Positions 22,027 to 31,051 of a DNA stretch of 64,000 nucleotides are shown here, piece after piece. A program made the translations under genes and the position numbers. The notes under the pieces were generated by a model. That model saw nothing but the letters and a program-made list of their open reading frames with translations. It ran no database searches and had not been told where the DNA came from. The stretch's first letter is position 1; each line of letters starts with the position of its first letter. The DNA is from Alphaproteobacteria bacterium (GTDB taxonomy: Bacteria; Pseudomonadota; Alphaproteobacteria; SP197), in the NCBI GenBank assembly GCA_964291265.2, contig OZ219747.1, positions 3,136,001-3,200,000 on the forward strand, written 5' to 3'.

Positions 22027-23060
22027 CTTTCAGCCGGCAACTCGACCTTGACCCTTTGGCCCTTGTGAACGTCCGGTCTTTCCTTCGGCGTCGCCATGGC
22101 GATGATCTGCAGGCCGTCGCATTCGACGAAGGTTTCGACGCTGGCGCCCACGTCACGCACGAAGGTGACCACACCCTCGAGCTGATTGGCGCCGTCACGG
22201 CTTTCCGGATACACGTGAACGTCCTCCGGACGGACCGAGACAATGACGCTGGATCCCGCACCAAGCTGGTCCGGGACACCGCTGGTCTGGCATGGGCGCC
22301 CGGCGATGACACAGGTCGAGCCGCTGTCCAGGCGTGCCTTGATGAGATTGCTGGTGCCGATGAACTCGGCAACGAAGGCGGAAGCCGGGTTGCGGTAGAT
22401 CTGCAGAGGCGGTCCCATCTGCTGAATGCGCGCCGTCGACATGACCACCACTTCGTCCGACATGGTCATGGCTTCACGCTGGTCATGGGTCACCACGATG
22501 GTCGTGATCGCCAGGCGTTCCTGCAGCATGCGCAATTCGACCTGCATGTCCTCGCGCAGCTTGGCATCAAGCGCCGACAACGGTTCATCAAGGAGGAAGA
22601 GTTTCGGCTCCAGGTTGAGGGCCCGGGCAATGGCCACGCGTTGTCTCTGGCCACCGGAGAGCTGCGCGATGTTGCGTTCGGCGACTCCCGGCAGACGCAC
22701 CAGTTCGAGGAGTTCTTCGGCGCGCCGCTTTCGCGTCGCCTTGTCGATGCCTCTGATTCTCTGCGAGTAGGTGATGTTCTCGCCCACGGAAAGATGAGGG
22801 AACAGCGCCAGGGACTGGAACACCATGCCGATGTTCCTGTTGTGGGTTGGCCGGTCGGTCAGATCCTCGTTGTCGAGCATGATGCGTCCCGTCGTCGCCG
22901 TTTCGAGACCGGCGATCAGGCGCAGCAGGGTTGTCTTGCCGCAGCCGGAGGGACCGAGGAAGGAGACGAACCGGCCATCCGGTATCTCGAGATTGATGTC
23001 GGTGACGGCTGTGACGGACCCGAATTTCTTGGATATGTCGTTGAGCAACAGGCCACTCAT
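22005..23060 (-). CDS. ABC transporter ATP-binding protein (PotA-like)
   Basis: GPSGCGKT, LSGGQRQR, LLDEPLSALD, VTHDQREA, C-terminal TOBE-like region. Confidence 0.95.
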   Translation of the reverse strand: MSGLLLNDISKKFGSVTAVTDINLEIPDGRFVSFLGPSGCGKTTLLRLIAGLETATTGRIMLDNEDLTDRPTHNRNIGMVFQSLALFPHLSVGENITYSQRIRGIDKATRKRRAEELLELVRLPGVAERNIAQLSGGQRQRVAIARALNLEPKLFLLDEPLSALDAKLREDMQVELRMLQERLAITTIVVTHDQREAMTMSDEVVVMSTARIQQMGPPLQIYRNPASAFVAEFIGTSNLIKARLDSGSTCVIAGRPCQTSGVPDQLGAGSSVIVSVRPEDVHVYPESRDGANQLEGVVTFVRDVGASVETFVECDGLQIIAMATPKERPDVHKGQRVKVELPAESCVVLKA

Positions 23061-23090
23061 CAGGATCGATCCCCGGCTGGCGTTCCCTGT

Positions 23091-24443
23091 TCAAGCCTGA
23101 CCGGATTCACCGGACTTGTAAACGCCCGGCGCCGGGGGCCGCGTCTGCAGGTCGGCAAGGGCTGCATCGGCAGCATCGAGGGTCATCGCGATGTCGTCAT
23201 CGCTCAACACGGCCGGAACGAACCAGGTTCCGCGAAGCGTCACGCGCACCCCTCGGTCCTGAAGCCTCTGGATGAAGGACTCGCGCATGGGCGTGTCGGT
23301 CGCCTTGTAGTCGCGATAGTCGGCCAGGGGCGGGGTGTCGCTGAAGACGGTCGAGAAGATGGAACCAAGTCCCTGAACGTGAAGCGGAACACCTCGTCTT
23401 TGGCCGCATTCGGCAAGCCCGGCCATGAGCCGTTGGCCGTCCCGTTCCACCTTGTCGTAGATCGCGGCTCCATCGGCGGCAAGCATGTCGAGGGTGGCAA
23501 TGCCGGCGGCGATGCTTGAGGTGACGCCGTTGTAGGTGCCGCCGTGAACCGCGCCCCTGGTCACTCCTTCCATGATGGCGCCGTGTCCGGCTACTGCGGC
23601 AAGGGGGAAGCCGCTGGCCATGGCCTTGGCAAAGACGGCGACATCGGGGGTCACTCCGTACCGCTGCTGGGCGCCTCCCAGGGCGACCCGGAAACCGGTG
23701 ATGACCTCGTCAAAGATGAGCACGATCCCATGCCGGTCGCACAGGCGCCGCAGTGCCTCGAGATAGCCGGGTGCGGGTTCGATGACACCGCAGTTGCAGG
23801 CCACTGGCTCCACCACGATGGCGGCAGTTTCCGTGCCGTGGCGTGACAGGGTGTCCTCGAGTACGGCGATGTCGTTGAAGGGTTGAACGATGAGATTGTC
23901 ACGGATGTTGTCGGGCTGGCCGCTGCTCTGGGCGAGCACCTGCGGATGCTCGCGGGGTCCGGCACGGTTGAGCTCGGGAGCCACGCTGGCAAGGATGTTG
24001 TCCGCCCATCCGTGGTAGTGGCCCTCGAACTTCACCACCCTGGTACGGCCGGTGTGGTGGCGGGCAAGGCGCATGGCAATCTGGATCACCTGTGTTCCGG
24101 AGGTGTCGAATCGCACCAGTTCGGCACAGGGAACGATCCTCCTGATGCGCTGCGCCAGGGCAATCTCGTCGCCATGGACAGTGGTGAAGGCCTGTCCGGT
24201 CTCCAGGGAGGCGCGCACCGCGTCAAGCACCGGTCCGGGACTGTGGCCGAGAAATGCCGGACCGTTGCCGCTGACAAAGTCGATGTAGTGGTTGCCGTCG
24301 GCATCCCACAGATGGGGTCCTTCGCCGCGTTCGATGGCGAGTGGAACGGGGATGGGGTGATAGCGGAAGTTGCTCGACACACCTCCGGCCAGCACCGCGC
24401 ATGCCTCCCGGTATCGCGCGATCGAGGTATCGTATCGGCCCAT
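23091..24443 (-). CDS. Class III PLP aminotransferase (GSA-aminomutase-like)
   Basis: WDADGNHYIDF, FEGHYHG, LIFDEVITGFR, VFAKAMASGFP, HGGTYNG. Confidence 0.92.
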   Translation of the reverse strand: MGRYDTSIARYREACAVLAGGVSSNFRYHPIPVPLAIERGEGPHLWDADGNHYIDFVSGNGPAFLGHSPGPVLDAVRASLETGQAFTTVHGDEIALAQRIRRIVPCAELVRFDTSGTQVIQIAMRLARHHTGRTRVVKFEGHYHGWADNILASVAPELNRAGPREHPQVLAQSSGQPDNIRDNLIVQPFNDIAVLEDTLSRHGTETAAIVVEPVACNCGVIEPAPGYLEALRRLCDRHGIVLIFDEVITGFRVALGGAQQRYGVTPDVAVFAKAMASGFPLAAVAGHGAIMEGVTRGAVHGGTYNGVTSSIAAGIATLDMLAADGAAIYDKVERDGQRLMAGLAECGQRRGVPLHVQGLGSIFSTVFSDTPPLADYRDYKATDTPMRESFIQRLQDRGVRVTLRGTWFVPAVLSDDDIAMTLDAADAALADLQTRPPAPGVYKSGESGQA

Positions 24444-24963
24444 GTCGGTCTCCTGACGATGTACCGTGCGTTCCAGGCCGGGCGGCGGCGGACCGGAAGC
24501 GCGCTCGCCTCTCTCGCCCCACCCGGGACAGTGTGTTTGTAGCCCAGGTCATGCGTCAAGCGTGGCATGGACGGAGCGCAATGGATGCCGGTTGCTCCGA
24601 GGATGCCACGCCTGGACCGGAACGTTTCGAACTTCGGACATGGCGCGAGTACACCGAGGGAATAGTCGCGGAATGTGAATGTCAGGCTCGTGCTGCAGAC
24701 CATTCGAAGAACCGGGAGGGCGGAGATGCGAGCGATGCCGAACGTCAACGGCCGCGTTGTCGAAGTCGATGTCGCGGACCGCATGCCACCGCTTTTGGGT
24801 TCTTGGCGGCGAACTTGAGATGACGGTACCAGGTGTGGCACCGGCCGGCCCGGCACGCGCTCATGCCCTCGCCGACGACGGACCACGCGTCATCATGCTG
24901 TCCAGGGCCCGGCATGGAGTTGTTTCTCCAGGTCGATGGCGGAAGCGCCCGTGTTCCGCGGTT

Positions 24964-25380
24964 TCATGGAAGCAGGCGCTTGATCACGCCGCTCGACGTG
25001 AGGCAGGGCCTGTCGCCGACGACGACCTCGCAGACCACGAAGCTGAATTGCCGGGTGCGCCGCACCACCCTGGTGCGTGTCTCGAGGAAGTCGCCGGCCT
25101 TGGCCCCCGCCACGAAGTTGCTGGTGGCGCTCACCGTGATGGCACCTTCAGCCGGATCGTGCCAGCGCGAGTTCATGCACAGCGCAGCATCGGCCATGGT
25201 CATCATGACTCCTCCGTGAACCCAACCGTACTCGTTGGCATGGCGTTCGTCGGCCAGGACACCGACCTCGATGCGGCCGTCGCCCATGTCGTTGTACCAG
25301 CACACTCCGATGACGCCCTCGAAGGGATCATCCGGTTCCACCGCGACAAATCCATCGGGAATCCCTGTCGGTGTGTCCAT
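24964..25380 (-). CDS. PaaI family thioesterase
   Basis: HANEYGWVHGGVMMTMAD hotdog motif. Confidence 0.9.
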   Translation of the reverse strand: MDTPTGIPDGFVAVEPDDPFEGVIGVCWYNDMGDGRIEVGVLADERHANEYGWVHGGVMMTMADAALCMNSRWHDPAEGAITVSATSNFVAGAKAGDFLETRTRVVRRTRQFSFVVCEVVVGDRPCLTSSGVIKRLLP

Positions 25381-25511
25381 TGTCTGCTCACGTGCCGTCA
25401 TGCGCATTCCTTGCCGGAATCACGCCGCCGTGGTCAAGGATTCGCCGCGTTCGGGATTGGCGAATGTTCGATCACGAGGGTAGGCTCGTGGCGTCTCCCA
25501 GGGGGTCCGAC

Positions 25512-26693
25512 ATGGCGCTCGGCCAGCAAACTCTCGACCAACTCCTCGACACCCTGTCACGGTTTGTCCACGAACGCCTGATTCCGGCGGAAGCCATGGT
25601 GGATGCCGAAGACCGTATTCCGGACGACATCGTGACCGGCATGAGGGATCTCGGCCTCTTCGGCCTGACAATCCCCGAACGATACGAAGGGATGGGTCTG
25701 ACGACTGCGGAAGAGGTCGAGGTGGCGTGGACCGTCACCCACGCGGCGCCGGCCTTCCGTTCCGTTTTCGGCACCAACGTGACCATAGGCTCCCAGGGCC
25801 TCGTCATCGGCGGAACCGAACAGCAGAAGATGACCTGGTTGCCACGCATGGCGCGAGGCGAGGTTGTCGCGTCCTTCGCACTCACCGAACCCGAAGCTGG
25901 CTCCGATGCCGCATCACTGAAGACCCGGGCCGAGCGACAGGAGAATGGCTACGTGCTCAACGGTGTCAAGCGGTTCATCACCAACGCGCCGGTGGCCGAT
26001 GTCTTCACCGTGATGGCCCGCACCGGTCCGCGGAAGACCGGTACTGACGGGATCTCCGCCTTCATTGTCGATGCCTCCGGTGACGGTATCCGTCTCGGTC
26101 TTCCCTACGACAAGATGGGCCAGAAGGGAGCGCACGTGTGCGACGTCATCTTCGAAGACTGCCACGTTCCCGCCGAGGCGCTGATCGGAGGCGTCGAGGG
26201 CAGGGGTTTCATGATCGCCATGCAGGTTCTCGACCGCGGTCGCCTCCACCTCGCTGCAACCTGTTGCGGACTGGCCGACAGGATCATTGACGAGGCCCTT
26301 GATCACGCACTGGACCGCCGCCAGTTCGGCAGGCCCATCGGCGACTACCAGCTGGTTCAGGCGATGCTGGCAGACAGCCGAACCGAACACGATTCCGCCT
26401 GGGCCTTCGTGCGCGATGTGGCGCGCCGGGCAACGGCCGGCGAGCCCATCACAAGGCTCGCCTCCCAGGCGAAGTACCTCGCCAGCGAGATGGTGGGACG
26501 GGTGGCGGACCGGGCCGTGCAGATTCATGGCGGCGCCGGCTACGTCAACGAGACGGCGGTGGCCCGGCTCTACCGGGATGTTCGCCTCTACAGGCTGTAC
26601 GAGGGGACATCCGAGATACAGAAACTCGTGATTGCCCGTCACATGATGCGTGAAAGGCGGGAACTCGGGAGTTTCCCGGGTGCGGACGGATGA
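25512..26693 (+). CDS. Acyl-CoA dehydrogenase
   Basis: FALTEPEAGSDAA, NGVKRFITNAP, RRQFGRPI, QIHGGAGY, RLYEGTSEIQ. Confidence 0.95.
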   Translation: MALGQQTLDQLLDTLSRFVHERLIPAEAMVDAEDRIPDDIVTGMRDLGLFGLTIPERYEGMGLTTAEEVEVAWTVTHAAPAFRSVFGTNVTIGSQGLVIGGTEQQKMTWLPRMARGEVVASFALTEPEAGSDAASLKTRAERQENGYVLNGVKRFITNAPVADVFTVMARTGPRKTGTDGISAFIVDASGDGIRLGLPYDKMGQKGAHVCDVIFEDCHVPAEALIGGVEGRGFMIAMQVLDRGRLHLAATCCGLADRIIDEALDHALDRRQFGRPIGDYQLVQAMLADSRTEHDSAWAFVRDVARRATAGEPITRLASQAKYLASEMVGRVADRAVQIHGGAGYVNETAVARLYRDVRLYRLYEGTSEIQKLVIARHMMRERRELGSFPGADG

Positions 26694-26786
26694 CGGTGCG
26701 GAAGACAGCCGTACCCGGTTTCCGGCCCCGTCCGGTTCACGGTTGGCAGAGGTTGTCGTCAAGTGTCCACCAGGAAGGGCCGAGCC

Positions 26787-28766
26787 ATGCATGAACCATG
26801 TACGCAAGGAAGGCGGCTCTTCACCTTTGCGGTCATCGCCGATTCCCATGTCACCGAGGATGAGGCCGAGGCCATCGGCGGATACGATGCCGACACGGTC
26901 CTGCTCAATGTCGAGCGCTGCCGCCATGTGGTCGGGGAGATCAATCGCCGGGCTCCTGATTTCGTGGTTCACCTGGGGGACATCACGCACCCTGGACCCG
27001 GCACGCCGGCCTACCAGGAATCGGCCGACAGGTTCCATCGGGTCTTCGAGACACTCGAATGTCCGCTGCATCTCGTTCCCGGCAACCATGACATCGGCGA
27101 AAAGGCCTTTCCCGCGGACCTCCTGGCAGACCAGGATGCACGACTGACGGTCAACGATGACATGATTGCCGAGTACGAACGGCACTTTCAGTCCCAGTAC
27201 CATGCCTTCGAACACGAGGACTGCCTGTTCGTGATGATGAACGGGATGATCGTGAACTCGGGCCTTGCGGCGGAGCATCGGCAGAGGAGGTGGCTCGAAT
27301 CGCTGCTGGCCGACAGCAGCGGCCGGCGCATCTTCGTCTTCTCCCACTATCCGCCTTTCCTCTCCCATGCCGGCGAAACCGACCACTACGACGCTACCGA
27401 CGAACCGGGGCGATCATGGTTGCTCGGCCTGTTCGCACGTCATGGGGTGGAGGCGCAGTTTGCCGGTCACGTGCACAACTTCTTCTTCAACCGCCATGAC
27501 GGGACAAGCATGTATGTCCTGCCGTCAACGAGCTTTCTGCGCCACGACTACCACGAGCTCTTTCGCGTGGCGCCCGCTGACAAGCAGGGCCGTCATGACA
27601 CCGCGAAGCTTGGTTACGGCGTCGTCGACGTGCACGAAACCGGTCATCTCCTGCACGTCATCCGCACCTTCGGCCGAACGCGCGAAGCGGGCGGTGCACC
27701 TGCAGCGACTCCCGTCCATGGCCTTGGTCCGGGTCAGCGGGGCATTGGCCTCGACCTGCGCCATCCATGGTGCGAGAGCTCTCACATCCCCACGCCCTGG
27801 GGGCTCGACAGTTTCAGGCGCAAGCCCGCCCGCAACGATTATCCCCTCCTCGCCCTGTGGGAGATGGGAGTGGGTCAGTTGCGGGTGCCTCTCGACGATC
27901 TTGCCGATCCCGACAGCGGTCTGCGCCTGGCGGAACTCGCTGCGCTCGGCCACCGCTTCACCGCCTTCTCGTTTGGCCTGCCCGTCGCGGGCACGCGCGA
28001 GGCGCTTGTGGAACACGGCCACCATCTCGCCGGCTGGGAGGTCATTGCTCCGCTCCTTGCCCTGCCCGAACTGCTTCCCGGAATCGCCGCGATCAGCGGC
28101 GATGTGCCCGTTCTCTTCAACGCCTTTCGCGCGGAAAGCGGAATGTTCAGCTCCAGCCACGGCATCGGGGCCGACGAACGGGGTGTCGTGGAGAGTCTCC
28201 TCGGCCTCGATGGCGCCCGTCACATACTCGACGGCGTGGTGTTCGGCATTGACAGGACTGACTCACCGGCGAAGGCCATCGAAGCCGCGCGAGCAAGCGT
28301 CGCGGGTCTGGGTGTCAGGGCCGTCGCCCATGTCCGGTTCATCCGACGCACGCCGCAGGTGCGCGAGGAAGACTCCGGAATTGATGCGAATCGCGTGGCC
28401 GAGTCCGTCACGGCGGCCATGTGCTTCGACGATGTCGCGGTGGTGCTCGACAACTTCACCGGCATCGATCGCGGGTACCATTTCTGCGACGGACTGGTTG
28501 ATCGTCTCTACAATCCGCAAGCAGGCGCGCACATCGTGCGCAACCTCCACCGCATGCTGGGGATCGGGTGCCGGGTGAATTCGCTCACCGAGAGACCGTC
28601 GATCACGATCATGAACCTCGACGGCCCGGCCCGGGCGCTGCTGCTTCCGTCTTCCGGCATGCGCGATGTCCCGGTGCCGGAGGTCCAGGGAATCGTGCGT
28701 GATCTCGTCACGGGCGATGCCGTAGCGGAACGATTGTCGGGGCCGGCCCTGGTCCTCGACTCGTGA
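26787..28766 (+). CDS. Metallophosphoesterase with a long uncharacterised C-terminal domain
   Basis: IADSH, HLGD, PGNHD, FSHYP, AGHVH calcineurin-like motifs in the N-terminal ~290 aa. Confidence 0.8.
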   Translation: MHEPCTQGRRLFTFAVIADSHVTEDEAEAIGGYDADTVLLNVERCRHVVGEINRRAPDFVVHLGDITHPGPGTPAYQESADRFHRVFETLECPLHLVPGNHDIGEKAFPADLLADQDARLTVNDDMIAEYERHFQSQYHAFEHEDCLFVMMNGMIVNSGLAAEHRQRRWLESLLADSSGRRIFVFSHYPPFLSHAGETDHYDATDEPGRSWLLGLFARHGVEAQFAGHVHNFFFNRHDGTSMYVLPSTSFLRHDYHELFRVAPADKQGRHDTAKLGYGVVDVHETGHLLHVIRTFGRTREAGGAPAATPVHGLGPGQRGIGLDLRHPWCESSHIPTPWGLDSFRRKPARNDYPLLALWEMGVGQLRVPLDDLADPDSGLRLAELAALGHRFTAFSFGLPVAGTREALVEHGHHLAGWEVIAPLLALPELLPGIAAISGDVPVLFNAFRAESGMFSSSHGIGADERGVVESLLGLDGARHILDGVVFGIDRTDSPAKAIEAARASVAGLGVRAVAHVRFIRRTPQVREEDSGIDANRVAESVTAAMCFDDVAVVLDNFTGIDRGYHFCDGLVDRLYNPQAGAHIVRNLHRMLGIGCRVNSLTERPSITIMNLDGPARALLLPSSGMRDVPVPEVQGIVRDLVTGDAVAERLSGPALVLDS

Positions 28767-29557
28767 CGGCGACAACGATCGATCTGGCGCAAGCCGCCGC
28801 CGTCGCGCGCCGCGCGGCCGAGGCGCCATCGTCGCGTCTTCTCGGGATTGCACGGTCAGGTTCCTTCAGAACGTCGTTCAAGAACGACGGCAGTCCGCAG
28901 ACGTCGGCCGATACCATGGCTGAACGCCTGGTGCGCCAGGCACTTCAGGCAGACGCCTATCCGGCCGGAGCAGCCGTTCTCGGGGAGGAGGAGGGCGAGA
29001 CGGGGGAGGGCTCCATGTGGCGCTGGATCGTCGATCCCATTGACGGCACCATGGCCTTCTCCCGCGACATTCCCGTCTGGGGCACTCTGGTGGCGCTGCA
29101 GCATGTCGAGACCGAACGTGTGATGGCGGGCGCCATCAGGCTCCCGGGCACGGATGAGACCTTCTGGGCCTGGCAGGGGGGTGGCGCCTGGCGGAACGGT
29201 GAGCGCATCCATGTTTCCGCCACCACGGAACTCTCCCGGTCAACGGTGGCCGCGGGCCTCCTCGGGCAGTTCCGGACGAGTGGCGTCGAGCACCTTGTCG
29301 GGGCCCTTGCGGATGCGGTTGGCGACCTGCGCATCTTCGGTGACGTCTTTGCCCATGTCGCGGCGGCACGCGGCGCCGTCGATGCCGTCGTCGATCCCGA
29401 TCTTTCCTTGTGGGACTTCGCCGCATCCCGCATCCTCATCGAGGAGGCTGGCGGCACCGTTCTCGTGCGCCACACGGGTCGTGGGCGGGGACACGACGTT
29501 CTGCTTGGCGCGCCGGCGGTCGTTGACCGACTTGCGTTATTGCTTGAGTTCCAATGA
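28763..29557 (+). CDS. Inositol monophosphatase / histidinol-phosphate phosphatase family
   Basis: LGEE, WIVDPIDGT, WDFAA; GTGA overlap with the upstream gene. Confidence 0.9.
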   Translation: MTATTIDLAQAAAVARRAAEAPSSRLLGIARSGSFRTSFKNDGSPQTSADTMAERLVRQALQADAYPAGAAVLGEEEGETGEGSMWRWIVDPIDGTMAFSRDIPVWGTLVALQHVETERVMAGAIRLPGTDETFWAWQGGGAWRNGERIHVSATTELSRSTVAAGLLGQFRTSGVEHLVGALADAVGDLRIFGDVFAHVAAARGAVDAVVDPDLSLWDFAASRILIEEAGGTVLVRHTGRGRGHDVLLGAPAVVDRLALLLEFQ

Positions 29558-30270
29558 GGACGGGTTCATTGAAGAGCGACGAAAGAAGCAAACGGATCGG
29601 CGAAGCCGTCAACAGGGCCTTCTCGCAGGAGCGACGCGGCCGACCCTCGGCGAGGACTCTCCTCCTTGTCGTCGGGGTGCTTGTCGTAGCCTTTGCCCTG
29701 CGTGAAACCGGACTCATCGGGGACACGCACAAGGTCAACACCACGGTGACCGGCGACGTGGTCGCCATGGTGGAGGGTCTGCCGCAGGTCAATCGGCTCG
29801 GCGACCCCGATGGCGCGACCGTTCTCTTCGTTTTTTCCGACTATCTCTGCAGCCACTGCCGTCGCCTGGCTCCGGCCATCGACGATTTCCTGGAGGCCAA
29901 CCCGCGGACCCGGGTGGCCGTCATCGATCTTCCCGGCGAAGCCGGGCAGTCGGTGAGGGCGGCGCGCCATGCCCTTGCCGCCGGACTTCAGGGAGCGTGG
30001 CCTTCCTACCACCGGGCCCTCATGTATGCCGCGGTTCCGCTGGATGACGCCGGTCTTGCCGGACTCGGCGAGGCTCTTGGACTCGATTCCGGCCGACTGT
30101 CCGCCGACGCCGGTTCTCAGACCATCGCCGACGCTCTTGCCGCCAACCGCGAACTCGCATTGGAACTGGGCATAGAGGACGTGCCGACCATTGTCATCGG
30201 GGACCAGATGATTGTCGGCTTCGTCGATTCATCTAGTCTCAAGGATCTTGTCGCCATGCATGCGCGGTGA
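29554..30270 (+). CDS. DsbA/thioredoxin family protein (N-terminal TM anchor)
   Basis: FSDYLCSHC (CxxC), GIEDVPT cis-Pro loop. Confidence 0.85.
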   Translation: MRTGSLKSDERSKRIGEAVNRAFSQERRGRPSARTLLLVVGVLVVAFALRETGLIGDTHKVNTTVTGDVVAMVEGLPQVNRLGDPDGATVLFVFSDYLCSHCRRLAPAIDDFLEANPRTRVAVIDLPGEAGQSVRAARHALAAGLQGAWPSYHRALMYAAVPLDDAGLAGLGEALGLDSGRLSADAGSQTIADALAANRELALELGIEDVPTIVIGDQMIVGFVDSSSLKDLVAMHAR

Positions 30271-30314
30271 TGACGGCTCGACCGACACCGTGCAGGAAGG
30301 AACGTGACGTCGCC

Positions 30315-31028
30315 ATGCAGAACATTGTTGTTGCAGCTGCTCTCCTGTTCACGTTGACGCCCGTGATGGCGGAAGATCAGTCGATGACCAGGACCGAGAT
30401 CGAGGCGATCATCGATGACTACCTCGTCCGCAATCCGGAGGTCGTCATCCGGGCCCTGGAAGCGTGGGAGAGTCTGCGCGAGGAACGCGAAGCGGATGCG
30501 GCGAGGCAGGCCATCGCCCGCTTTGACGACGACATTCATCGCGACCCCGAGACACCCTGGGGAGGTGATCCGGAGGGTGAGATCGTGATCGTCGAGTTCT
30601 TCGACTACCAGTGCGGCTATTGCCGTATGAGTGCACCTGGTCTCTTCGCTGTCAGGGACACGGTTCCGGGCGTCAAGGTGATCTACAAGGAGTTTCCGAT
30701 TCTGGGAGAAGGTTCCGTTCGTGCCGCCAAGGCGGCCCTGGCGGCCCGTGAGCAGGGCCTCTACGAGGCCTACCATGAGGCCCTCATGGAGGAGGAGGTG
30801 GACCACAGCGACGCCGGTCTCATGGCGTTGGCGCAATCGGTGGGCCTCGACATCGAACGCCTGAGCACCGACATGAACGACCCTGCCATCGAAGACTATC
30901 TCGAACGGACCCATCAGCTCGCCAGAGCCATTGGCATCAACGGAACACCGGCGTTCATCATCAACGGCGATCTCTACCCCGGCGCCATCAGGCCCGGGGA
31001 CTTCGGGACCATTCTCGGCATCGAATAG
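30315..31028 (+). CDS. DsbA family (Com1/ScsC-like) protein
   Basis: Signal peptide; YLVRNPEV, VEFFDYQCGYC, KEFPILG, GINGTPAFII. Confidence 0.9.
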   Translation: MQNIVVAAALLFTLTPVMAEDQSMTRTEIEAIIDDYLVRNPEVVIRALEAWESLREEREADAARQAIARFDDDIHRDPETPWGGDPEGEIVIVEFFDYQCGYCRMSAPGLFAVRDTVPGVKVIYKEFPILGEGSVRAAKAALAAREQGLYEAYHEALMEEEVDHSDAGLMALAQSVGLDIERLSTDMNDPAIEDYLERTHQLARAIGINGTPAFIINGDLYPGAIRPGDFGTILGIE

Positions 31029-31051
31029 GTTCTGCCCGTGGTGCTCGCCGC

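Noticed and set aside
24700-24800. Minus-strand RDIDFDNAAVDVR resembling a tyrosine integrase segment
   Set aside because: No catalytic R or HxxR motifs in the flanking frames.
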